NCBI GenBank assembly: GCA_946965045.2
Contig: OX337232.1
Coordinates: forward strand, 2,170,001 to 2,234,000
Direction of reading: 5' to 3'
DNA from: Epithemia pelagica
Lineage: Eukaryota; Protista; Bacillariophyta
Length of the DNA: 64,000 nucleotides
In this document: positions 34,751-45,099 of the stretch, piece after piece
Layout of the letters: every line of letters starts with the position of its first letter
Numbering within the stretch: the first letter of the stretch is position 1
Position numbers and translations under genes: made by a program
The notes under the pieces: model-generated
Seen by the model: the letters and a program-made list of their open reading frames with translations, nothing else
Database searches by the model: none
Told to the model about the DNA's origin: nothing

Positions 34751-35908
34751 ATGTTGGAAGACGATGAAGTTCGTTTGCTGCACTCGGCCTTGACGGGAGA
34801 TATAGCTCTCACGGAGGAGTTGCTCTCGAGAAGTCCTGTCGACATCAACTGCGTGCACCCGGTTAGCGGAATGACTCCACTTTGCTGTGCTACACATGGT
34901 GGTCACATGGCAATTGTGGTCTTTCTCATTCGTGCGGGAGCCAACATTGACCAACAGTGTTCCCTGGGATCAGCGGTGCTCATTGCCAGTGTGCTGGGTT
35001 ATGCGGAAATCGTTGATACGCTGTGTTCGCATGGCGCAGACTATCATGCCAAAGGGGAAAATGGTATCAGCCCTCTGAACGCTGCTTGCACTCGCGGGAA
35101 TCTGGCGGTTGTGACGGTATTGGCAAACCATGAGGGCGCAGACTTTCTGAAAGAGCAATCCGATGAAGACTCTGACGGACTGACTGCTTTTGGATTTGCT
35201 TTCTCGGGTGATCGATTTAACGTTCTGCGATATCTTGTTGAAGTCCATGGCATTGATGTGAATGCGCCACTTCGGAAGTGTTCCAAGACAAGGCTAACTC
35301 CTCTGTTCTTTGCCGCCTCCCAAGGAAGCGTCCCTATGGTATCCTTCCTGTTGGAGTTGGGTGCAGAGGTAGATCGTTCGACGGAAGAAGGGGAAACACC
35401 ACTGTTCACAGCCTGTCGATGTGGTGCGTTTTCGGTGGTTTCTTGTCTCTTGGAACATCATGCCAATGTGAACGCAGCGACTTCGGACGGGTCGACACCT
35501 CTGTTGGCAGCCATTCATTCTCGTCACGAACCAACGATCATGAAACTTCTAGAATATGGGGCCGATGTAAGCCATGGTGATAGCGGGGTGACACCACTTT
35601 CTATGGCGATCAGCAAGGGGCTGCTGGACGTCATGCGCGCTTTGGTTGATCACGGTGCCACAGTAGGGAATGGACTTCCCGCTGAGGCTCTTCTTCATTT
35701 GGCATGCAGGAAGGGAAACGTCCGTATTGTCCAATATCTCTTGAACTTGAATTCTAGTCTCCGCGAAGCGTGTGTTCGAGATCGGTGGGTTCTCCGCGTC
35801 ATTGCGGCTTGCGAATACAAGCACCACGACCTTGTATGGTTTTTCTTACAGCAAATGGTGGCTGGTTCCATGTTTGAGCGTAAAAACAGGACCCGTCGAC
35901 GGACGTGA
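34751..35908 (+). CDS. Ankyrin-repeat protein
   Basis: Multiple TPL...A...G repeats (GMTPLCCA, GISPLNAAC, LTPLFFAA, GETPLFTAC, GSTPLLAA, GVTPLSMA). Confidence 0.92.
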   Translation: MLEDDEVRLLHSALTGDIALTEELLSRSPVDINCVHPVSGMTPLCCATHGGHMAIVVFLIRAGANIDQQCSLGSAVLIASVLGYAEIVDTLCSHGADYHAKGENGISPLNAACTRGNLAVVTVLANHEGADFLKEQSDEDSDGLTAFGFAFSGDRFNVLRYLVEVHGIDVNAPLRKCSKTRLTPLFFAASQGSVPMVSFLLELGAEVDRSTEEGETPLFTACRCGAFSVVSCLLEHHANVNAATSDGSTPLLAAIHSRHEPTIMKLLEYGADVSHGDSGVTPLSMAISKGLLDVMRALVDHGATVGNGLPAEALLHLACRKGNVRIVQYLLNLNSSLREACVRDRWVLRVIAACEYKHHDLVWFFLQQMVAGSMFERKNRTRRRT

Positions 35909-36275
35909 ACTGATAGAGAGTGTAGAGTACTCCGTCCTTTCACCACTACCAATGGGCAACCATTCTCTATCACGACAATGACACATGTCTTCAGACGACG
36001 GGGTGATTGCCACTTCATGATTGTCGCTCGAAACGACCATTTTGCATTTTGTATACACCGCTAATAAGACATAGACTAGGGGCCACGAACATGTGTTGAT
36101 AAGGCACATCAGTATAAGCTCTTTCGACAGGCCTTCACAAAACAACATGAAATGAATATACATCGTGTATCCCGGAACTAAAAGACATTACATGTGCAAC
36201 TATATGTTGTATATCTGTATTGTTAACGGTGAAAATGGAATCAGAAGGGCAGGTGTCATTTTCTGGTTCTGCGGG

Positions 36276-36717
36276 TTATGCTGATGAGCAGGTAGCCTTG
36301 AGGTAGGCAATCAAATCCTTGCGTTCCTTCTCCTTCTTGATACCGGCAAAGACCATTTTCGTTCCCTGAACAAACAAATGACAAGAACAGTTAGTCAAAG
36401 TAGTATGGATGGATGGTAAAGGTGCAATGTACACAGGTTCCCCTTGACGGTCAGGCTGTGACAAGGATAATTCGATGTTGCACTCGTACCTTGATGTACT
36501 TCTTGGGGTTCTCAAGGTAATCGAACAAAGTATCTTCAGCCCATGTGATTCCGGACTTCTTGTTGGCAGTACTGTACGAGTAGCCATCCGCTTGGCCGGA
36601 TTGACGACCAAAGAATCCGTAAAGATTCGGGCCCTGCTTGTGTGGACCACCTTCTTCGACAGTGTGACACTGACTGCACTTAGTCTTGAAGACCTTGGCT
36701 CCCTTCTTTTCACTCAT
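36276..36717 (-). CDS. CYC1: Mitochondrial cytochrome c; intron 36366-36489
   Basis: CSQCH heme motif, [18 protein letters not shown]|[11 protein letters not shown]; spliced product is 105 aa. Confidence 0.98.
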
Positions 36718-37223
36718 GGTTCAGTTGTTTGTCGATTGGGTTGTGTCGGAACGTGCCGAGATGTGCAATGAAGCAATTGTCCACGTTTGATGGATGATGG
36801 ACGACTAGAGGAAATTTGTGAGCGCATCTTTGTCGACGTGGTGGCGGTGGTACGTCTTTGGGCCTACCAGTCCTACGGTAGGATGCCCGTGCGCCAACCA
36901 AATTGGAATCGCGGGGGCGTGCTGTGACGTCTTTCTTCTTCTTCTTTGCCAATGACATGGTCAATAAACGCGACTGGAAAGAGATGCGGATATTCCCACC
37001 AAGCCTACAAGCTCCTTGCCATCCTGCGACCCAAGATCCAAAGCGAACCAGCGAGACTAGGGACTCGTTTGTCCGTGTCATTCATTCGTTGTCGTCCTCC
37101 ATCTGCTTCCATCTTTTTCTCTTCAAAACCACCCACAGAGTTGTCACATTCTTATTCTCTTATTTTGTCTTCTACGATACACCACAGAGTAAAAGACCTA
37201 ACACATACTCTACACTGAAAACA

Positions 37224-38756
37224 ATGACCCTCATTGAATTGTCATCCGCTCAAGCTCTAATGGACACCCTGTCGTCGACGACGGCGGTGTGCGTGACATT
37301 TTCCGCGCATTGGTGCGGTCCTTGCAAAGCCAGCAAGCCGCAGCTCGAACAGATTGCAATGGAGTATGCCACGAAAATGAAAATGGCAATCGTGTACGAA
37401 AGTGATGTTGGGGAAGCCATTCACGAACACAAAATTCGCGCCTTCCCCACCTACGTCTTGTTTGTCCATGGGAAGGAAGTAGAACGAGTCGAAGGAGTAA
37501 ACCTTGCGGCAGTTAAAACGATGATGGACAATGCCAAGGTTTCCCCGCAATGGAGTGAAACACATGGAGCGGCATTGGGTGGTGGCGCTTCAGCTTTGAC
37601 ACCGGAAGAAGCACGATTGCAACGTTTAGCCAAATTGGGAGGACCCACCGCCACCAAGCCCTCGGACGAAAGCGACGAAAAGCCACCCGCATCCGATCCA
37701 ATGGAAACCGAAGAGTCCAAAGAAAAACCATCATCATCAGAGGAAACTACAAAACAGGACGGAGACGTGGAAATGAAAATGGAGAAGGAAGGAGAAGAGG
37801 ATCAAGTCTGTGTCCCTGTACCTACCGACCCCACTGCCAATCTTGACAAGGAGGCACTACAGACGTTGACAGAGGCAATGGGCTTCTCCTTACTACGTGC
37901 ACAGAAAGGTCTTTTGTATGGAAATGGTGGCAATATTGATGGAGCGGTCGATTGGATCATGGCGCATCAAGACGATGCCGATATTGATGAGCCCATTCCG
38001 GCCGGTTCTACCCAAGCAGTCGTTCCGCTGACAGCCGAAGAAAAGGCAGCCAAAATTGCTGAAATCAAAGAATTACTGAAAGCAAAGCGAGCGGAAAGAG
38101 AATCGGCCGAGAAGGTCGATGAAACAGATCGCGAGAAACAGAGAAGGTTCATGGGTAAGGAAATGGCCAAAACTAAAGAACAAATGGAAGTCGAAGCGCG
38201 GAAACGCGAGGCCCAGTTACGTCGAAAGGAAAAGGAGGATTTCAAGAGAGAGCGGGCACGTTTGCGGGCGGAGCTGGCCAAAGACAAGGCGGAACGCCAA
38301 GCTCATCACGGAAAATTGACGTCCAAACTGGGTGTGGATGGATATCACCCGGATGGTGTACAATATGACGTGGATACTCCCAATGATCAGGAAGCTGCCC
38401 AGCATCAACCGAAGAAGCTCAAATTTGATGTTGCCAAGATTGATGATTACATATCCAAGGTATCGCAGTATCGGGCCGGTGGAGATGGGGGGAAGTGTCT
38501 CAAGGTACTGAAAGCCTACGTTGGCAATGCAGCAGACCACCCGGACGATGAGAAATTCAAAACAATAAATACGGAAAACAAAGTGTTCAAGGCCAAAGTC
38601 AAACCGTTCATTGGCGCAAAGCAACTCTTGATGGCGGTTGGCTTCCAGCAGCCCGAAGGGTCAACAGGAACACTGGTGTTGTCCGAACATGCTGATCACC
38701 AGCTCCTTGTTGACACAAAAGCGAAACTGGAAGCTGCAATCGTCACTTATGGGTAA
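37224..38756 (+). CDS. Thioredoxin-UBA-coiled-coil-PUB domain protein
   Basis: WCGPC thioredoxin; MGFSLLRAQKGL...AVDWIMAH UBA; E/K/R-rich coil; LKAYVGNAADHPDDEKFKTINTENKVF...LLMAVGF PUB. ATG 37224. Confidence 0.85.
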   Translation: MTLIELSSAQALMDTLSSTTAVCVTFSAHWCGPCKASKPQLEQIAMEYATKMKMAIVYESDVGEAIHEHKIRAFPTYVLFVHGKEVERVEGVNLAAVKTMMDNAKVSPQWSETHGAALGGGASALTPEEARLQRLAKLGGPTATKPSDESDEKPPASDPMETEESKEKPSSSEETTKQDGDVEMKMEKEGEEDQVCVPVPTDPTANLDKEALQTLTEAMGFSLLRAQKGLLYGNGGNIDGAVDWIMAHQDDADIDEPIPAGSTQAVVPLTAEEKAAKIAEIKELLKAKRAERESAEKVDETDREKQRRFMGKEMAKTKEQMEVEARKREAQLRRKEKEDFKRERARLRAELAKDKAERQAHHGKLTSKLGVDGYHPDGVQYDVDTPNDQEAAQHQPKKLKFDVAKIDDYISKVSQYRAGGDGGKCLKVLKAYVGNAADHPDDEKFKTINTENKVFKAKVKPFIGAKQLLMAVGFQQPEGSTGTLVLSEHADHQLLVDTKAKLEAAIVTYG

Positions 38757-38944
38757 GTGACGCCATAGCCAATATTGAACAGACAGGATGCTACAATATG
38801 GAAAGTTGAATTATTAATTTTAGAAATCCGACGTGGTAGGAAAGCGACGAATCTTAGGCATTTTCACCAAGTCGTCCCTCCGTAGTCATGCTGCTACCCG
38901 AGGGTCGAATATTGTATTCCAGATGGACAGACTTGCTTCGATTC

Positions 38945-40249
38945 TTATTTGACATGCTCGTAGCTTAGCAAGAGGATTCCAAAAATTGTTGAACAAGACG
39001 ACAGCAACCAAAACATGATCCTTCTTGTGCTCTTGATTTCACGAAAGTAAAATATTCCCCACAATCCGCTTACCAATATTGATGTTTGCGAAAGGGGATA
39101 TCCCACGCCTTCGCCCAAGTAGTACACGGAGAGAATACTGCAAAAGTTGCCAATACTCCATAAAGTTCCAGACAACCCCCCTGGCAACCACATCACTCCC
39201 AGATGAAATGATGGCATTGATGAAATGGCCTTCTCCCACGATCCATAGAAGTGAGCACTGTATGAGATTCTGGCTATCCAAAGTGCGATAGTGACAATCG
39301 ATGCCCCAATCGCAAAACTTATCAGAAAGTTCATTCCAGTTGCGCTTTCCGGTGCCCATTTCATGGGTACCAGAATACTCCCTCCCCAAATTCCGGTAAA
39401 TACCAAGGCCGCCAAAATGCCTGCGTTTCTCTCCAATATCCGAAAACCGCAAACATGTACATAAGTCGGCTCCGTAGGCTCCGAATCATCTACTTCTTCG
39501 GTAGGATGACAGGGACCCGTTATTTCCTCATCGCTTCCTGCTATATCGCACTCCCCCTCTTCGGATCTGTCTTGTACCGAAGCTGCGTCTTTGTTAAAGT
39601 CGGTTTCGTGAGACTCCACGGTTCGTTCGGTGAGTGTGATTTGCTCGATTTCGGACGGGGAAAGGCCCATTGATTCTCCTTCCCCTTCATCCCCTTCGTC
39701 GCTGCCACAGGTTGTTGGCAACTCGGAAAAAGCAACAGGCACCGATGGTACAGAACGCTCATTCGGTTCACTCGAAGAAGGAGGATCTCTTGTTGTGGTT
39801 GTGACCGCGGATTCTGGACTGCTGTAATATGCCATTCCATAAAGTCCGGACATCATGCAGACAATCGCAAAGGACGCACCCACTTTGCTATGTACTTCTT
39901 CTCCAAAAATGAATATTCCCCAAATAAAACTCACAAGAACAATGAAACAGGATCCCACACCAATTGCGATGGCCAATCCAGCAACTTTGATGGCATAAAC
40001 TGTGGCAACACCGCCGGGTACCCAGAACATCCCAGAGACGATTCCCCAGGGTGTATATGTAAAAGGGACACCCGCCAACAAGACAAGCCAGCATGTCAGG
40101 AAGCACATTGAAGTTTTGTAGGATTGAAACACCAAAGGATCAATGTTGACTGATACGGCCCGTTTCGACTTGATGGGAACACCAAATGAACCAAATGCCA
40201 GCATCGAACCAAAGGCGGCAAGCCAACCACAGGTTTCACAGCTGCTCAT
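38945..40249 (-). CDS. TMEM144-like (DMT superfamily) multi-pass transporter
   Basis: FGSFGVPIK...DPLVFQSY...WGIVSGMFWVPG...GLAIAIGV...WG, then a second repeat ending GVGYPLSQTSILVSGLWGIFYFREI; acidic central loop. Confidence 0.8.
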   Translation of the reverse strand: MSSCETCGWLAAFGSMLAFGSFGVPIKSKRAVSVNIDPLVFQSYKTSMCFLTCWLVLLAGVPFTYTPWGIVSGMFWVPGGVATVYAIKVAGLAIAIGVGSCFIVLVSFIWGIFIFGEEVHSKVGASFAIVCMMSGLYGMAYYSSPESAVTTTTRDPPSSSEPNERSVPSVPVAFSELPTTCGSDEGDEGEGESMGLSPSEIEQITLTERTVESHETDFNKDAASVQDRSEEGECDIAGSDEEITGPCHPTEEVDDSEPTEPTYVHVCGFRILERNAGILAALVFTGIWGGSILVPMKWAPESATGMNFLISFAIGASIVTIALWIARISYSAHFYGSWEKAISSMPSFHLGVMWLPGGLSGTLWSIGNFCSILSVYYLGEGVGYPLSQTSILVSGLWGIFYFREIKSTRRIMFWLLSSCSTIFGILLLSYEHVK

Positions 40250-40905
40250 GTTGTTTAGATTCCACTAGCGACGTTTTCTTTCAAAAAACAAACTCAACAA
40301 GATCGATGGGATAGCAAGTTATACAACAACTTCTCGAAAGACCCTTTATTACAATCACCGACATGAAAGAGTTCCACTTCGGTAACGGAGCCACACCAGA
40401 TTGGGTAATTCTGATTTCTGTTCTTGGGGTATATAATAGTCTGCCCCCATCTAAATCTCAAAGACGGGGTTTATCGCAAAAAGACTCATGCACCCCCTTC
40501 TGATCTTAACGGATCTTTGATCTTGGTCATGAAGACGATGGAATGTGGAATGTGGAATCAAGATTTTTGTGGGGAGCTCGACCCTCGGAATGGACAAGCC
40601 ATGATGGGCAGAATGAGAGCAATGGCAAATGGCATACCCCGTCTACCTAGAAGGAGTAGAAGCAGCCCTTACGGATCGTTCACCGCCAATTATAAATAAT
40701 GTCACCGGTCTGTTTTCCAATCACATCTTAATGTCAATCCTCTAGTGGCGTTTCGCAGATGCTCGAGAGGGACCAACAAATTTAATCATGATTCTCTCAA
40801 CGTTACAAAGATTCTACCCCATTGCTACAATGAACAACATGATACAAGAACTCTTAACATGTGACAACATACATTCAGCCTGTACCTGGAACAGACAAAA
40901 ATCGA

Positions 40906-41540
40906 TCAGTCTTCTTCCCCTTCCGCATTGGGTTGTTGCCTGGAGTTGGAAATTTTATATTTGTTGATATACACCTTCATCGGGTCAACGTATTGCTCAA
41001 AGCCCATCATGGACATGGCCCAAAGCAAATCATCGGCAGTCATCGTCTTTCGATCTTGTTGTCTACATCTATCACTGGCTTCTGATGTTAGAAACGAAAT
41101 GAACTCGGAGACACATTCATTCATGGCGTCCTTAGAATCCTTGGATATTTTGGCATTCTGCGGCAAAGTATCCTTCATGATTCGACCGACATTGTGCACG
41201 GGAAGGTAGCGATCCTGGAATCCAAGAAAGACACGATGAGACCTCTCCATACTCTCGTCTCTCATTTTATTCAACTCATCTCGTGTACCTTTATACGGAT
41301 TTCGTCGAAATCGTTGTCGTCGTCTGGCTGAACATTGAGATCCTCCCTCATTCTTCTTCCCGTCACACCTCTGGATACGGCCTTGGCGACTTCTGATTTC
41401 GCTGGTTCCATTGTCGCACACTGCAACGGTGCTTCCTCTGTTCCTTGCCGATTTTGTTGCAAAGTGGTTGTATCTTTGGAATTTGATGCGTGTCGCTGAC
41501 CTGACTGTCTGCCGACGTCGCCGCTCATTATCCCCGTCAT
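40906..41540 (-). CDS. NFYB: NF-YB (CCAAT-binding, histone-fold) subunit; intron 41215-41288
   Basis: Spliced DEIRIK|[14 protein letters not shown]...[30 protein letters not shown]...RKTM..DDLLWAM..MGFE.Y. Confidence 0.92.
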
Positions 41541-41700
41541 TTTGTTTGGCGTTCTCCGCGTTCCGAATTCTTAAACGGTACCCATCTTGGTCTTGAAAGG
41601 CACGTGCAAGCGTGACCACTCCGCGACAAAAATTTGGGAGGCAGGATACATTTGGGGGGCAATCTATGAAAAGTAGTTCCTCCTCCTGACATTCTCGCCC

Positions 41701-42430
41701 ATGGGACAAGTCTTTCGCATCATGACCTACGATTACGGAGGCAATCGTCGGAATGCGGTTGCCGCCTTACAACTAGCGAAGCATGATTTGAAGTGGTATA
41801 GACTGGACGATGGCGTGATGGGTGGACAATCGACGACACAACACACCTCCACCGTCCACGAGAAGGGAGCGGCTGGTGGTCCTCTGTTGCAGTTTGATGG
41901 GACAATCAATACCAACGGTGGTGGATTTTGTTCCATTCGATCTGAATTTCCATCTGGTTTGCTGACCTCGAAGAATTCGGCTGTGAAAATTCGATATCGA
42001 GGTGATGGCAAAACATACAAGGTGTTGCTCTCGGATGGATCGAGAGGTGGTCCTATGTCTCAAACTCCATCTTGGCAAATTGATTTGCCAACGAAAAGCA
42101 CGTACTCAGAAAGTGATTGGGAAGAATCAGTCCTACCGTGAGTGTCACTTTTCTTGCCTTGTGTCAGTTATGTCCGTGTCTATGTGTGTTTTCTCTCACA
42201 CATGAACCCTCAGGTTGGATCGATTTTTGCCAAGCGTTGGAGGGAGAAAAATAGACGATAAGACAAAGTACGTGTTGCAGCCCGAAAAAATGCAACAAAT
42301 AGGCCTCATGTTGTCCTTAAAGTTGTCAAACGGTGACGCCAACCCAACGAAAACATTTGGAACAGGAATCTTCCCCTTTTCACTTCACGTCCAATCAGTC
42401 GAATTTATAGGAAACCACAGTTCCAAATGA
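41701..42430 (+). CDS. CIA30/NDUFAF1-like domain protein; intron 42138-42213
   Basis: [43 protein letters not shown]|[13 protein letters not shown]. Confidence 0.85.
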
Positions 42431-42847
42431 ACGCTCCAGACGAACGTGTGATACACACTGTGGTGTCCAGCAAACTTTGACACAAATAATGTGTTTTGGT
42501 GTTTCGTACTAAAGAGCTGGTTGGAGGTTCTCCTTTGCAAAATTGGTCTTTCAGATTCACCGGGCAATTCTTGCTTTCCTTTGCTCACTGGATACGGGCA
42601 CCGACTGACATGACGACGACAATAAAGCGATATCCAGAGCAGGAACAGTCGTCTCTACAAAAAAGTAACCCTTCTCAAGTTTTTGCCAATGCCTGTCTAC
42701 CTAGTAGAAATTGCGGATTGCGAGGATTTCCTCCATGTTCCCAACCAAACAGGGGGCTAACCGCATTGCATGCGACGTATCGATCAAAATGTGTTTGAAT
42801 GATAACTGCGAACATCACTTTGTTGAATTTCGTCACCATGAACCCTC

Positions 42848-44160
42848 CTATACGCCATTTGTCCCAGGTACAAACCCGTTGCTGCTGCTGCCACTGTTCT
42901 GGAACGGTACGCTGTTCTCGTCTCTATTTTCTTCTGCAGTCGATTCGCTTTCCACATTTCGTATCATTACATTGTTGTTTTGGTTATTGATGTTGTTGTC
43001 ACCGTCCTCACCCATTTCATTGGGTTGTTCGGGTGTACCAGCTGTAGATGTTGTTCCACCCAAGGCAGACGCAAAGCCTGCATTGGGATCAGGCTCTGGT
43101 GCAGGTCGAGGCATTTCGAGAGGGTCCAGACATCCACCACAACCCCATTGTCTGAATTTCTCACCCGAATTCAATCGAAAGGCATACCAGGACAATCCCT
43201 CTTGTTGTGCTCTCGCCAGTTCGGCTTCGCGTTGGTGATGCAGCTCCATTTGTAATTTGGCCTTTTCTCTTCGTCTCTGACCATCCTGAACAATATATTG
43301 GTACGTCGTTAACCTTTCTTTTTGTAAATGCATATGGAAGGCAATGAGCTGTGCCAAGAGAACCAAGGAAACAAAGTCAAAGATCATAAAGAACAAGAGG
43401 ACGGCAGCCACCGCTTCCGATGCCCCCTGAATTCCCAACCAGTCGTCGGCCCGATCTTCCGTTGGACCTTTCATAAATATATCCACCACCAAACCCGAAG
43501 ATATGGCCATATGGACTATTTGCATGGCTGAAATAGACAACATGACGCGGAAGAAATCCTTATAATTTCTCTCACCCACACATGTATTCAGCCCTATAGA
43601 ACAAAGCATAACGACGAGCACCAATGCCAACGGTGTTGTTCAGAATGCAACCGTGCTGCACTTGCCTTCAATCAACGCCAAAAGTACTTACATAAACAGT
43701 GATGGTCAAAATGACTGACACACTTGTTGCAGTATTTGCAATGCATGGAATGGTGGGCCACTTGCGTATCACAAATCCAGCATTGTTTGGTTTCTTCATT
43801 TTGCGGAATCGTTCGTTGCCTCAGCGACTCGGCGTTTCCATTGTAGATTGTATAGACTCGATTCAAGAAATTGGACTCTTTTCGAATCTCCCCATTTCGT
43901 TGGTCTACCAGTGCTCTGGTCAAGTACACATCCATGGAATCGATGGCAATGGCTCTCATGCCAAAATACAAGACCAACCCCATGAGTGAAAAGAAAAAGA
44001 TGGTCAAGGGAATGGAAACTTCAATCGGCAAAATCGTACTGATGAATAAGAGAAAGTGGATTCCTGTGGCCGCCAAGAAGAGCCAACTTGTTATTTGTGG
44101 AGCGCTGTGGGGGCAAGAGAGCCCATTGCGTCGTCGTGGTACATCGGATGGTGCAACCAT
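42848..44160 (-). CDS. DHHC palmitoyl acyltransferase; intron 43594-43691
   Basis: CWIC...HCKYCNKCVSHFDHHCL|WLNTCVGERNY, with TM helices and the TTYQY motif. Confidence 0.95.
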
Positions 44161-45099
44161 GATATAAAGTTAAATAACAGTATCGATGGTTTCTGTGCAA
44201 CACAAAGACGTGCTCTCAAAATCGACTGTAAAGATTGTGGCTTGCTGATCGATTGACTCTCTCCAACAGTCCAGTAACAGGGTTTTCTTGTTGTTGCTTT
44301 GTTCGACTTCTTCAACTCGCAATATAAGTGGCAAGGGATAGATGATAAATCTCTTTTGTTACAACTTTTTCGCCATGAACCAACAACAACCGATCCAACT
44401 CACGTCAATGCGCACACTATGCGGATGTTCTTGGCTGATCGTGTCAACGGCGGTGAGGCCGATCGTCTTTTTGTCGCTTAGCTCGGTCTTGACTTGGGCT
44501 TGGGCGGTAAGGTTAAAAGAAAGGGACGTTTGGGTCGCTGCGGTGGTGCTGTTGGTGGTGTGCTTGTGGACCATAGATTGAACGACGGGATCCATGCGAG
44601 CATGCCCGAGGGAAAGATCTTTGCTCTTTTTCCAAGGTTGTATTGTAGTCCTGTGGTGGCAACAAAAATCACGGCCGGCTTGACGGCTTAAGGAATAGTT
44701 TTTATTGAATGACATGTGGGAACTTTCATTACTTAAGCCACAGGTTTCTGAGTCGGTCACAGATAACGCATATATATTGAAATACGTTAGAATGGCGTTA
44801 TTAAGCAGTATTTTTTGTCGCTGGTCGCTGTGCAGTGCGAACAGGTTCACTTACGAGTACGACTCCTTTTACTATAGCCCAAGAAAGGCTTGCAGAGGCA
44901 ATTATGCTTCTTCTGCTTCCGTTTCCGAATTCTGGAATCAAGGAGTCGCGGATTGGATTTGGATGGGTTGCCCAAAACCAAGCGAACGGAAGAATCCTTT
45001 TTTCTCGACCACCACACAAACAAAGACGATGATGATACACTCCATGTGACCAAAACGTTGTGGTATGTACCTAGAATCATCGTCAGACTTTTCGAAGCT

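Noticed and set aside
41541-41709. Long N-terminal extension of NF-YB overlapping the CIA30 start (ORF 40906-41709)
   Set aside because: A 74-bp GT-AG intron joins a different upstream frame (ATG 41540), giving a more typical protein.
44700-44760. Possible C/D snoRNA (tgaatga...ctga)
   Set aside because: Imperfect C box, no terminal stem and no identifiable guide.
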